A stretch of 45,384 nt of DNA from a virus (lineage: Duplodnaviria > Heunggongvirae > Uroviricota > Caudoviricetes), in the IMG/VR virus record IMGVR_UViG_2537561934_000012, positions 1 to 45,384 of that record; one strand, 5' to 3'. This document shows positions 8,005 through 16,516 of the stretch, piece after piece. The notes under the pieces are model-generated. The model was not told where the DNA came from and did not search any database. It saw nothing but the letters and a program-made list of their open reading frames with translations. The position numbers were made by a program, and so were the translations under genes. The number at the start of each line of letters is the position of its first letter. The stretch's first letter is position 1.

Positions 8005-9081
8005 GTGAGTATGGCTAACGCCTGGCTCAGATTATGGCATGACATGCCAAATGACCCTAAGTGGCGAACAATTGCCAGGGTGTCAGGGCAGCCAATTGCA
8101 ACAGTGATGGCAGTGTATATCCACCTCCTGGTGAGCGCGTCACGAAATGTCACGCGAGGTCACATTGATGTCACGACAGAAGATTTGGCAAGTGCGCTCG
8201 ACGTGACAGAAGAGGTAATTGATTCAATTTTGCAGACGATGCAGGGGCGGGTACTTGACGGTGATTTAATCACTGGATGGGAAAAACGCCAGGTGCTGAA
8301 AGAGGACAACGGCAATATTTCGCAAACCGCAAAATCTCCTGCAGAGCGCAAGAGGGCGCAGCGAGAGAGGGAAAGAAAGCGGGAACAAAATGGCAATTGT
8401 CACGGCGCGTCACGAAATGTCACGCACATGTCACGACGAGTCACGACAGATAAAGATACAGATAAAGATACAGATCAAGAAGATCAAAACACTATGGTCC
8501 ATGGCGTAAAAAACGCCACGAACCAGGCAGGGGATGTTCAGACCGTCAATCCTGGTCAGCCAGCAGGCACGACACCGGAAGCCGATTCAGCGTATGCGCT
8601 GAAAGCCGATTCGGGCGCTGTGCAGCAGGTGATGACCGCAAGGCCGGAGCAATCACACCAACTGCAGCAGCCTGAAGCCGATTCCGCCATTCAGCGGGAA
8701 GCCGATCGGGTAGTCCCGGAAAACACCGGGCAGCCTGTGAGACGAGTGGATTATCCGGATGTGTTCGAACAGGTCTGGCGGGAATACCCGCTGCGTGCTG
8801 GGGCAAACCCGAAGAAATCCGCTTTCAGTGCCTGGAAGGCCAGATTACGCGAGGGGGTGTCACCAGAGGCCATGCTGGATGGCGTGAGGCGTTACGCAAG
8901 ATACCTTGCGGCTACCGGGAAAACGGGAACGGAATTTGTTCAGCGAGCGACGACGTTTTTTGGACCGGACCGGAATTTTGAAAACCCCTGGCTGCTCCCG
9001 GTAAGCGGCACGAACAACCAGCGTTGTGTGAATCATATTTCTGAACCGGATACCGAAATTCCACCGGGCTTCAGGGGGTAA
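8005..9081 (+). CDS. Replication initiator (O-like / replisome-organiser-type) with internal origin iterons
   Basis: 358 aa, in the lambda O position. Contains two clusters of four GTCACG repeats at roughly 10-bp spacing inside the ORF. Track start is GTG at 8005; ATG at 8011. Confidence 0.6.
   Translation: MSMANAWLRLWHDMPNDPKWRTIARVSGQPIATVMAVYIHLLVSASRNVTRGHIDVTTEDLASALDVTEEVIDSILQTMQGRVLDGDLITGWEKRQVLKEDNGNISQTAKSPAERKRAQRERERKREQNGNCHGASRNVTHMSRRVTTDKDTDKDTDQEDQNTMVHGVKNATNQAGDVQTVNPGQPAGTTPEADSAYALKADSGAVQQVMTARPEQSHQLQQPEADSAIQREADRVVPENTGQPVRRVDYPDVFEQVWREYPLRAGANPKKSAFSAWKARLREGVSPEAMLDGVRRYARYLAATGKTGTEFVQRATTFFGPDRNFENPWLLPVSGTNNQRCVNHISEPDTEIPPGFRG
8135..8186. repeat. Iteron cluster 1 (4 x GTCACR at about 10-bp phasing)
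   Basis: GTCACG at 8139, 8149, 8170 and GTCACA at 8159. The 21-bp stretch GCGCGTCACGAAATGTCACGC recurs exactly at about 8405. Confidence 0.55.
8405..8490. repeat. Iteron cluster 2 plus adjacent AT-rich GATAAAGATACA tandem repeat (putative origin)
   Basis: GTCACG at 8409, 8419, 8430, 8440, followed by GATAAAGATACA x2 and GATCAAGAAGATCAA. Confidence 0.55.
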
Positions 9082-9121
9082 GTGTTGATTTCTGGTCATG
9101 AGGTAATTTTCAGGAGGACTT

Positions 9122-9544
9122 GTGGCAAAAGTTTTTACACAAGAAGAGCGAGAAAAAATTAAAGGGCAGGTTGTTGAACTCGTACGCCAGAGTGGGCGCG
9201 AGACGTTACGACAACTGGAAGCTAAGACAGGTGCGACAAGATATCTGATGAGCATTCTTGCCAGAGAGTTGGTTGCCAGTGGTGATGTATACAACTCTGG
9301 CTATGGGTTATTTCCCTCTGAACAGGCTCGTAAGGATTGGCAAAACGCCCGCAAAAAACTATCCAGGGCAAAGGTGAAAAAAACGGTTGTGGTTGATCCT
9401 GACCTTATCTGGTCGTTACCAGACGGCGAAATACGCCGCTACGACAGGCGCCTAAACATAATCTGTCGCGAGTGCCGGAAGAGTGAAGCTATGCAGCGCG
9501 TACTGGCGTTTTATCAGGGGAATTTTGAGGAGGAGGTGCGGTGA
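9122..9544 (+). CDS. Hypothetical replication-module protein (140 aa)
   Basis: ORF following the initiator. Its stop lies 4 bp before the IS left end. No helicase-loader motif recognised. Confidence 0.4.
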   Translation: MAKVFTQEEREKIKGQVVELVRQSGRETLRQLEAKTGATRYLMSILARELVASGDVYNSGYGLFPSEQARKDWQNARKKLSRAKVKKTVVVDPDLIWSLPDGEIRRYDRRLNIICRECRKSEAMQRVLAFYQGNFEEEVR

Positions 9545-9619
9545 GTGATGACCTGCTCCCCGTTGATTAGTACACCCCGATGTTAGTAATGTCTTCATAA
9601 GCCACATGAGGACATCCCC

Positions 9620-9883
9620 ATGAAGAAGCGTTTTTCCGACGAACAGATCATCAGTATTCTCCGCGAAGCCGAAGCTGGGGTACCCGCCCGTGAACTCTGC
9701 CGCAAGCATGCCATTTCCGATGCCACGTTTTACACCTGGCGTAAGAAGTATGGCGGTATGGAGGTGCCTGAAGTTAAGCGCCTGAAGTCGCTTGAGGAAG
9801 AGAACACCAGACTCAAGAAGCTGCTTGCCGAAGCCATGCTGGATAAAGAGGCGCTTCAGGTGGCTCTTGGGCGAAAGTACTGA
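9620..9883 (+). CDS. IS3-family transposase OrfA (HTH and leucine-zipper-like region)
   Basis: 87 aa [20 protein letters not shown]..., typical of IS3-family OrfA proteins. Confidence 0.85.
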   Translation: MKKRFSDEQIISILREAEAGVPARELCRKHAISDATFYTWRKKYGGMEVPEVKRLKSLEEENTRLKKLLAEAMLDKEALQVALGRKY

Positions 9884-9906
9884 CGACAGACCAGAAGCGG
9901 GAAGCC

Positions 9907-10740
9907 GTGATGTTGATGTGTGATGCGACCGGTCTGTCGCAACGTCGTGCCTGCAGGCTTACAGGTTTATCCCTGTCGACCTGCCGCTATGAGGCTCACC
10001 GTCCGGCTGCTGATGCGCATTTATCAGGGCGCATCACTGAGCTGGCACTGGAGCGCAGGCGTTTTGGCTACCGTCGTATTTGGCAGTTGCTGCGCCGTGA
10101 AGGGCTTCATGTTAATCATAAGCGCGTGTACCGGCTTTATCACCTCAGTGGCCTGGGCGTAAAACGCAGAAGACGTCGTAAAGGGCTGGCAACAGAACGT
10201 CTGCCGCTGCTCCGTCCGGCGGCGCCCAATCTGACCTGGTCGATGGATTTCGTCATGGACGCACTTTCCACCGGTCGCAGGATCAAGTGTCTTACCTGCG
10301 TCGATGATTTCACAAAGGAATGCCTGACGGTCACTGTTGCCTTTGGGATTTCAGGCGTTCAGGTCACGCGTATTCTGGACAGCATTGCACTGTTTCGAGG
10401 CTATCCGGCGACGATAAGAACTGACCAGGGGCCGGAGTTCACTTGCCGTGCACTGGATCAATGGGCCTTTGAGCATGGTGTTGAGTTGCGCTTAATCCAG
10501 CCGGGCAAGCCAACGCAGAACGGATTTATTGAGAGCTTTAACGGACGATTTCGCGATGAATGTTTGAATGAGCACTGGTTCAGCGATATCGTTCATGCCA
10601 GGAAAATTATTAATGACTGGCGGCAGGATTATAACGAATGCCGCCCGCACTCCACGCTGAATTATCAGACACCGTCTGAATTTGCAGCGGGCTGGAGAAA
10701 GGGTCATTCTGAGAATGAAGATTCCGACGTTACTAACTGA
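9907..10740 (+). CDS. IS3-family transposase OrfB (DDE integrase core); expected to be made as an OrfAB -1 frameshift fusion
   Basis: DDE/rve-like core (...TDQGPEFTC...[32 protein letters not shown]...). Reading frame is -1 relative to OrfA. Confidence 0.85.
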   Translation: MMLMCDATGLSQRRACRLTGLSLSTCRYEAHRPAADAHLSGRITELALERRRFGYRRIWQLLRREGLHVNHKRVYRLYHLSGLGVKRRRRRKGLATERLPLLRPAAPNLTWSMDFVMDALSTGRRIKCLTCVDDFTKECLTVTVAFGISGVQVTRILDSIALFRGYPATIRTDQGPEFTCRALDQWAFEHGVELRLIQPGKPTQNGFIESFNGRFRDECLNEHWFSDIVHARKIINDWRQDYNECRPHSTLNYQTPSEFAAGWRKGHSENEDSDVTN

Positions 10741-10855
10741 GTGTTGTATCTAATCGTGGGGGCAGGTCAGTGAATCAAAATGCCAGGTTAATGGCAACAA
10801 GATAGAACCATGCGCAGCACTGGCAAAGTCCCTTGAGCATGATGCTGAATACACG

Positions 10856-11020
10856 ATGCGAAAAGGTCTGCTGATATACAAAATCTGGAATGAGAGTTTA
10901 ACTCGCGGTCCTGATTTTGTGATGTTGCGTTCCGGTGAATTTTCTAAATTACCAGTTCGGGTTTCATTTTGTCCGTTCTGTGGTGAAAGTCTGAAAACGT
11001 GGGAGAACAGAAATGAATGA
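10856..11020 (+). CDS. Hypothetical small protein (54 aa) with a CPFCG motif, below ORF-track threshold
   Basis: ATG ORF ending 8 bp into the next gene; product ...VSFCPFCGESLKTWENRNE. No clear Shine-Dalgarno. Confidence 0.2.
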   Translation: MRKGLLIYKIWNESLTRGPDFVMLRSGEFSKLPVRVSFCPFCGESLKTWENRNE

Positions 11021-11324
11021 AATTAAAGAAATACCAGTAGAACGTGATGAATATGGCTGCTGGGCACATCCTGAATATGAGAAATTCTGTGACGGTCGGG
11101 AATATATTTCAACGGAAGAGTTTAACGCCTGGATGGAGGAAAATAATCTTCAATACGTCCTCTGCTTCAGAGATGAAGGATGTGCTGACCTTGATGCGTG
11201 TGATGCTGATATTTCTGCATGGGAACCGGAACGACCAGAGGGCAATGGATGGTTTATTGGTTCAATACATGACACCGAAGATGGCCCGATTTGTGTATGG
11301 CTGAGAAATAAGGCCGAAGCATAA
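11013..11324 (+). CDS. Hypothetical acidic Cys-containing protein (103 aa)
   Basis: ORF downstream of the IS. Several Cys and His residues (CWAHPEYEKFCDG...CFRDEGCADLDAC). Confidence 0.45.
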   Translation: MNEIKEIPVERDEYGCWAHPEYEKFCDGREYISTEEFNAWMEENNLQYVLCFRDEGCADLDACDADISAWEPERPEGNGWFIGSIHDTEDGPICVWLRNKAEA

Positions 11325-11629
11325 AGGCTATAAACCGACTAACAACTAAATACTGAAGATTTAAATCAGAAACGATTTTTATTAAATCCTTAACCGGAGG
11401 GATTCTGCACCCTCAGAACATCAGGAGGCCGTCTGAAAGGGCGGAACAGATAATGCTTACGTTGAAAAATTTTATCGACATACCAACATGGTTAGCCGTC
11501 ATTGCTTTTGTTAAAATACACATCCACTTTTCTGTGCAATGTTTAACCACTGGTCATATCAAATGGCATTCATGCGAACCATGATATAGAATCATGGCTT
11601 GAGAGAGTCGATGAAAGCGCAACTATGGT

Positions 11630-12208
11630 ATGAGAGACATTGATGTAAGAAAGGCTGTGCATGCCAAGATTCTGAGAGATCATCATAAAGATCCTGACAC
11701 CCTAATCATTGATGAGTTTACGATGAATCTAGGGGCTAGCAGAGCTGATATAGCAGTGATCAATGGGCTTATACATGGTTATGAGTTGAAGAGCAAGAGT
11801 GATAACTTGCTCAGATTACCAGCGCAGGTGCAACATTACTCATCAGTGATGGATAAAGTAACTTTGGTTGTCTCTGATTGCCATCTTTATGATGCTTTAA
11901 GCATAGTTCCATCATGGTGGGGGATAAAGCAAGTTACGCAAGGTGCACGGCAAGGTATCCATTTAAAAACAATTCGAACTAGCAAGTTGAATCCACAAGT
12001 GGACAAACTTTCCTTAACAATGCTTCTTTGGAAAGATGAATTGCTTTCCCTATTAAGTGATGTAGGGGAGCTACAGAATTTGAAAAATAAACCTAAACGC
12101 GTCTTATGGTCAAAACTCGCCAATAGTATGGATGTTGGCGAGCTTCGTGAAGCTGTTCGAGTTAAACTTAAAGCCCGTAAAGAGTGGCGAGTTGCTCAAC
12201 AACCTTAG
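11630..12208 (+). CDS. PD-(D/E)xK-type predicted nuclease (192 aa), candidate defence component A
   Basis: Motif arrangement IIDEF ... RADIAVINGLIHGYELKSK (D, then E-x-K about 12 residues later) typical of restriction-endonuclease-fold proteins. AT-rich gene. Recalls the database family label sce7726 (from memory). Confidence 0.55.
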   Translation: MRDIDVRKAVHAKILRDHHKDPDTLIIDEFTMNLGASRADIAVINGLIHGYELKSKSDNLLRLPAQVQHYSSVMDKVTLVVSDCHLYDALSIVPSWWGIKQVTQGARQGIHLKTIRTSKLNPQVDKLSLTMLLWKDELLSLLSDVGELQNLKNKPKRVLWSKLANSMDVGELREAVRVKLKARKEWRVAQQP

Positions 12209-13265
12209 TTATGTGATGGTTTTGCCCAATCCTACGCCATACCTCTGGGCTACCAAATTTATAGTTACCAGAGGGATTGGCTTTGTAGGCTTGATACTCG
12301 TTTGCATAATATTCTATGTCTCTATCTCCCGCACAGAATGTAGGCCCTGAATATTCTCGATGAGCAAGAATATCCTCACTATGTTTACCATATTGTTCAT
12401 AACCAAAGCGATTAGCTACTCTTCCTCGAAATACCCAAAAGTCATTATCTCCAGAGTATCTGACGCTGGCAGATACGCTAGGGAATCGCGTCGAAAGCCT
12501 ATTAAAGTCGGGGTGCTGTACTCCATAATCACTATAAATCACATTTCTGGCAAGTTCTTTTCTATTCATTAAACTCTGCCATAAAATCCACTCGATTCGA
12601 GGTTGAGAATATAGACCAACAGAAATATCACTGAGATCTGTAGGAAATGAACCCCCAGAAAGAATCACTTTTCTGTATTCATTGAGGTGCGCCAGATTGT
12701 TTATCAATCCCATTGCCAAAGTATATAGTTCGCCGGAATTAAGTTTATCCTCGGTTAACTCATCTCTTAAGTCAATAATTATATCAATATTTGATAAAGG
12801 AATTCCCAGATGATTAATGTAATGCGTTATTAATTGTGGGTTAACCAGATCTAACGTGGTTAATCTCAAGCATATTTCATTCTGCATTAATTCATCAATC
12901 GCTCTTTTATAGTTAGATGGGCGAGTTGGTGAACTGACAGGAATAACTCTTATCCCCATATCTCTAACTTGATTAACCGCATTTATTATAGGGTAATGAT
13001 CTTCAGGAGAAATAAAATGCTCTTCAATTAATAATCCATCAATATAAACACCTTGCATATCTGAGCAAGATTTTGAGACTTTCTTTCCGAACTCTATAAG
13101 AGTCTCGTTATAACTCTTTAAGGCAATACCTGAATCAGGGTCAATTGGCACTGGTTCAATTTCGAGTAATGGCAAAATTTTTGATTTCTTTTCAATGGAT
13201 AGCTGCGATAAAGCTGATAACTCAGAACGTTTCGCTTTCAGAATAGGAATATATGAAATTGTCAT
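12168..13265 (-). CDS. Hypothetical protein (365 aa), candidate defence component B, convergent partner of the PD-(D/E)xK gene
   Basis: Long ORF in AT-rich DNA with an AAGG Shine-Dalgarno. Its 3' end overlaps the partner's 3' end by 41 bp on the opposite strand. Recalls the sce7725-type partner family (from memory). Confidence 0.55.
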   Translation of the reverse strand: MTISYIPILKAKRSELSALSQLSIEKKSKILPLLEIEPVPIDPDSGIALKSYNETLIEFGKKVSKSCSDMQGVYIDGLLIEEHFISPEDHYPIINAVNQVRDMGIRVIPVSSPTRPSNYKRAIDELMQNEICLRLTTLDLVNPQLITHYINHLGIPLSNIDIIIDLRDELTEDKLNSGELYTLAMGLINNLAHLNEYRKVILSGGSFPTDLSDISVGLYSQPRIEWILWQSLMNRKELARNVIYSDYGVQHPDFNRLSTRFPSVSASVRYSGDNDFWVFRGRVANRFGYEQYGKHSEDILAHREYSGPTFCAGDRDIEYYANEYQAYKANPSGNYKFGSPEVWRRIGQNHHITKVVEQLATLYGL

Positions 13266-13822
13266 GTTAATACCTTATACAGAATCAATTAACAATTAAT
13301 GGTTCTTCGGACATTGAAATTTATATCGCAAAAATTGGCAAACTCTCCTCGACTACTCACTTGTGGGTATCCTGGCGTAAAAGGAATGACTTGGCAATAC
13401 CCGGTGTGATCATAAGTCATTGAAAATGATCATTTTTATCAGTCTTTCTTCCATGATGAATGCTAATGCCATTTGATTTGTTGAGGTAAAAAGTGTTAAA
13501 AATCAAAACGATGTAATTGAAATGAACGTTCGGTAGCATTCACGCTTTAAATGTTTCTTTTGTGCTGATTGGATGAATTTTGGTCACTTATGATGAGAGA
13601 TGTTGCAGGAAAAGAAGTTGGCATTGATCTATTGGATAGTTAGAATTGCTGCGGGTGCTTGAGGCTATCTGCCTCAGGCATGAACACCAAAAGGCAGATA
13701 GAGAAAAGCCCCAGTTAACATTACGCGTCCTGCAAGACGCTTAACATTAATCTGAGGCCCAATCTATGTCTCACAAATGTAGGTTAGCCTCTTACGTGCC
13801 GAAAGGCAAGGAGAAGCAGGCT

Positions 13823-13978
13823 ATGAAGCAGCAAAAGGCGATGTTAATCGCCCTTATCGTCATCTGTTTAACCGTCATAGTGACGGCACTGGTAACGAGG
13901 AAAGACCTCTGCGAGGTACGAATCCGAACCGGCCAGACGGAGGTCGCTGTCTTCACAGCTTACGAACCTGAGGAGTAA
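13823..13978 (+). CDS. hokD: Hok/Gef-family type I toxin (51 aa), HokD/RelF-like
   Basis: Product MKQQKAMLIALIVICLTVIVTALVTRKDLCEVRIRTGQTEVAVFTAYEPEE matches the remembered HokD sequence. Single transmembrane helix. An in-frame upstream extension starts at 13766. Confidence 0.8.
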   Translation: MKQQKAMLIALIVICLTVIVTALVTRKDLCEVRIRTGQTEVAVFTAYEPEE

Positions 13979-14046
13979 GAGACCAGGCGAGGGAGAAATC
14001 CCTCGCCACCTCTTATGTGGCAGGCATCCTCAACGCACCCGCACGT

Positions 14047-14073
14047 AACCCGCTTCGGCGGGTTTTGTTTTTT
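14047..14073 (+). terminator. Rho-independent terminator downstream of hok
   Basis: AACCCGC, ttcg loop, GCGGGTT, followed by a T-run. Confidence 0.55.
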
Positions 14074-14145
14074 CCTGGCATTCTGGTTTACAATTCGCAC
14101 GCCAGCCTGAACAACTGGCACCTGCTGCGCCAGCAGAGACAACCG

Positions 14146-14424
14146 ATGGCGCACGATACCAAATTACACAATTCTAATGATTCTGCCGTCTTTGCCAGTA
14201 GGTGCGGACGGCGTTTTCACGCATTCAAATCAGACTGGTTCCAGCATCCTCCATGCACTGAAGAGCAGGCGGAATGGATAATTCAGTGTTACCGCAGGCG
14301 CGGATACGAGGTTAAGAAAGCTCTTAGCCTCGACTACCGTCACTGGATAATCTCAGTCAGACTCCCTTACTCCGAACGCCCACCGCGTTCATCCCGCACA
14401 TACCAGCAACGCATCTGGAGGTAA
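14146..14424 (+). CDS. Hypothetical protein (92 aa)
   Basis: ATG after the hok terminator. The track ORF from 14017 would overlap the terminator, so the internal start is preferred. Confidence 0.4.
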   Translation: MAHDTKLHNSNDSAVFASRCGRRFHAFKSDWFQHPPCTEEQAEWIIQCYRRRGYEVKKALSLDYRHWIISVRLPYSERPPRSSRTYQQRIWR

Positions 14425-14425
14425 C

Positions 14426-15475
14426 GTGCGGGTGTTACTTCGACCTGTTCCGGTACCGGAACTTGGGCTGGTGGTGCTAAAACCGGGCCGTGAATCCATG
14501 CAGGTATTTCATAACCCTCGAGTTCTGGTGGAGCCGGAACCGAAAAGCATGCGCGGTCTGCCGTCCGGAGTCGTTCCTGCTGTTCGCCAGCCGCTGGCGG
14601 AGGATAAATCATTACTGCCATTTTTCAGCGATGAGCGGGTGATTCGTGCTGCTGGTGGTGCTGGGGCACTGTCTGACTGGCTGTTGCGTCATGTCAAATC
14701 CTGCCAGTGGCCACACGGCGATTATCATCACAGCGAAACCGTTATTCACCGATATGGTACCGGCGCAATGGTGTTGTGCTGGCACTGCGACAACCAGCTG
14801 CGTGACCAGACATCCGAATCACTCGGGCAACTTGCTCATCAAAACCTGTCAGCATGGATGATTGACGTCATCGGTCACGCAATAAGCGGTACGCAGGAGC
14901 GTGAATTATCTCTGGCTGAATTATCCTGGTGGGCGGTCCGCAATCAGGTGGCGGACGCGCTACCGGAAGCGGTATTACGTCGTTCGCTGGGCTTGCGTGC
15001 GGAAAAAATCCGCTCGGTGTACCGCGAAAGCGACATCGTACCGGGAGAGCAGACCGCCACCAGCATACTGAAACAGCGCACAAAAAATCTTGCGCCGCTG
15101 CCTCACGTCCACCAGCAACAGAACGCACCACAGGAAAAGACGGTGGTCAGCATTGCCGTAGATCCGGAGTCTCCGGAATCTTTCATGAAACGACCTAAAC
15201 GTCGCCGTTGGATAAATGAGAAATACACACGCTGGGTAAAGACACAGCCGTGTGCGTGTTGTGGTCAGCCAGCCGACGATCCCCATCACCTGATTGGTCA
15301 CGGTCAGGGAGGGATAGGAACAAAATCCCACGATATTTTCACGCTACCGCTGTGTCGGGAGCATCACAACGAGCTTCATGCGGATCCGCTGGCGTTTGAA
15401 GAAAAATATGGTTCTCAGATTGATTTAATTTTTCGTTTTCTTGATCACGCCTTTGCAACCGGCGTGCTCGGGTAA
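14426..15475 (+). CDS. DUF968-like protein with C-terminal HNH-like Cys/His motif (Qin YdfU-like)
   Basis: 349 aa. C-terminal CACCGQPADDPHHLIGHGQGG...LPLCREHHNELH. Confidence 0.55.
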   Translation: MRVLLRPVPVPELGLVVLKPGRESMQVFHNPRVLVEPEPKSMRGLPSGVVPAVRQPLAEDKSLLPFFSDERVIRAAGGAGALSDWLLRHVKSCQWPHGDYHHSETVIHRYGTGAMVLCWHCDNQLRDQTSESLGQLAHQNLSAWMIDVIGHAISGTQERELSLAELSWWAVRNQVADALPEAVLRRSLGLRAEKIRSVYRESDIVPGEQTATSILKQRTKNLAPLPHVHQQQNAPQEKTVVSIAVDPESPESFMKRPKRRRWINEKYTRWVKTQPCACCGQPADDPHHLIGHGQGGIGTKSHDIFTLPLCREHHNELHADPLAFEEKYGSQIDLIFRFLDHAFATGVLG

Positions 15476-15487
15476 AAGAGGTTACTG

Positions 15488-15859
15488 ATGCGTATAGAGT
15501 TTGTTTTGTCTTACCCGCCGACGGTGAACACCTACTGGCGACGCCGTGGCAGCACATATTTTATCTCTGAGGAGGGAAAGCGTTATCGCCGGGCTGTGGC
15601 GCTTATTGTTCGCCAGCAGCGGCTGAAATTAAGGCTGTCCGGAAGGCTGGCGATAAAGGTGATTGCAGAGCCACCGGATAAGCGTCGTCGCGACCTGGAC
15701 AATATCCTGAAAGCACCGCTGGATGCGCTGACGCATGCGGGAGTGTTAATGGACGATGAGCAGTTTGATGAAATCAATATTGTGCGCGGTCAGCTCGTTC
15801 CTGGTGGTCGGCTGGGCGTGAAGATTTACGAAATTACAGGTGATAACGATGGCGCGTGA
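15488..15859 (+). CDS. rusA: RusA-type Holliday junction resolvase
   Basis: 123 aa. [12 protein letters not shown]...[29 protein letters not shown] matches the RusA pattern, including the conserved DxD and DD acidic residues. Confidence 0.8.
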   Translation: MRIEFVLSYPPTVNTYWRRRGSTYFISEEGKRYRRAVALIVRQQRLKLRLSGRLAIKVIAEPPDKRRRDLDNILKAPLDALTHAGVLMDDEQFDEINIVRGQLVPGGRLGVKIYEITGDNDGA

Positions 15860-16235
15860 TATTCAGCAGGTTATGGAGCGGTGGGGAGCATGGGCTGCAA
15901 ACAATCACGAAGATGTGTCATGGGAGTCAATAGCTGCTGGTTTTAAAGGATTAATCCCGCCGAAAGTGAAATCACGCCCTCAGTGTTCTGATGATGATGC
16001 AATGATAATTTGTGGCTGCATGGCCCGGTTGAACAAGAAAAATCAGGATTTGCACGATTTGTTGGTGGATTATTACGTAGGTGGAATGACTTTTATGGGG
16101 CTGGCACGAAAGCATGGGTGTTCGGATACCTGTATTGGCAAGCGCCTGCAGAAAGCGGAAGGGGTTATTGATGGCATGTTGATGATGCTTGATATCCGAC
16201 TGGAGATGGACAGATACGTAGAACGAATCATGTAG
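15840..16235 (+). CDS. quuD: Late-gene antiterminator Q (phage-82 / QuuD-like)
   Basis: 131 aa. [23 protein letters not shown]...[19 protein letters not shown]...[26 protein letters not shown] closely matches the remembered DLP12 QuuD. Confidence 0.8.
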   Translation: MITMARDIQQVMERWGAWAANNHEDVSWESIAAGFKGLIPPKVKSRPQCSDDDAMIICGCMARLNKKNQDLHDLLVDYYVGGMTFMGLARKHGCSDTCIGKRLQKAEGVIDGMLMMLDIRLEMDRYVERIM

Positions 16236-16239
16236 GAGC

Positions 16240-16356
16240 TTGACCAGACACATTGTCCGGGGCTATATTTCCGACGCAACCGCAAAATCGGTTGTCGGGA
16301 TTAGCACCCCGGATGTTTACGGAGCGATATGAGGCGCGCCCGCGTCTTTTTTCATA
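16240..16356 (+). promoter_or_regulatory. Putative late promoter (PR-prime-like) with downstream Q-responsive terminator-like hairpin
   Basis: TTGACC (16240-16245), 18-nt spacer, TATATT (16264-16269) just after Q. GC-rich element followed by T6 at about 16331-16352. Confidence 0.35.
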
Positions 16357-16516
16357 TCGTTTGCACAGTCATATTCGCGATTTATGGCGGGCTGTGTGGG
16401 GGAGCCGAAAGGCTCGCCGGTTTCCGTACCCGGTAGTGCTAACCCCGCACAGTTCGCCACCACGATGATTAGCACCTGACGGTGGCGATAATGTCCAAAT
16501 GTACGGAGTTATCGTT

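Larger units (their letters stand above)
9549..10769 (+). mobile_element. IS3-family insertion sequence (IS407-group-like), about 1221 bp, with 4-bp target duplication GTGA
   Basis: Imperfect terminal inverted repeats TGACCTGCTCCCCGTTGATTAG (left) and CTAATCGTGGGGGCAGGTCA (right), with TG...CA ends. Direct repeat GTGA at 9545-9548 and 10770-10773. Two ORFs in a -1 frame relationship. Confidence 0.8.

Noticed and set aside
8449-8490. GATAAAGATACA tandem repeat as a possible CRISPR array
   Set aside because: Only two short units, no spacer-repeat alternation, and it lies inside a coding region next to iterons. It fits an origin AT-rich element or coding repeat better.
13766-13822. Longer Hok protein starting at 13766 (70 aa)
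   Set aside because: The canonical 51-aa Hok begins at the internal MKQQK. The extension may reflect a mok-like leader element rather than part of the toxin; left unresolved.
14017-14145. N-terminal extension of the 14017..14424 ORF
   Set aside because: The extension overlaps the hok terminator hairpin at about 14047-14073. The ATG at 14146 downstream of the terminator is the more plausible start.
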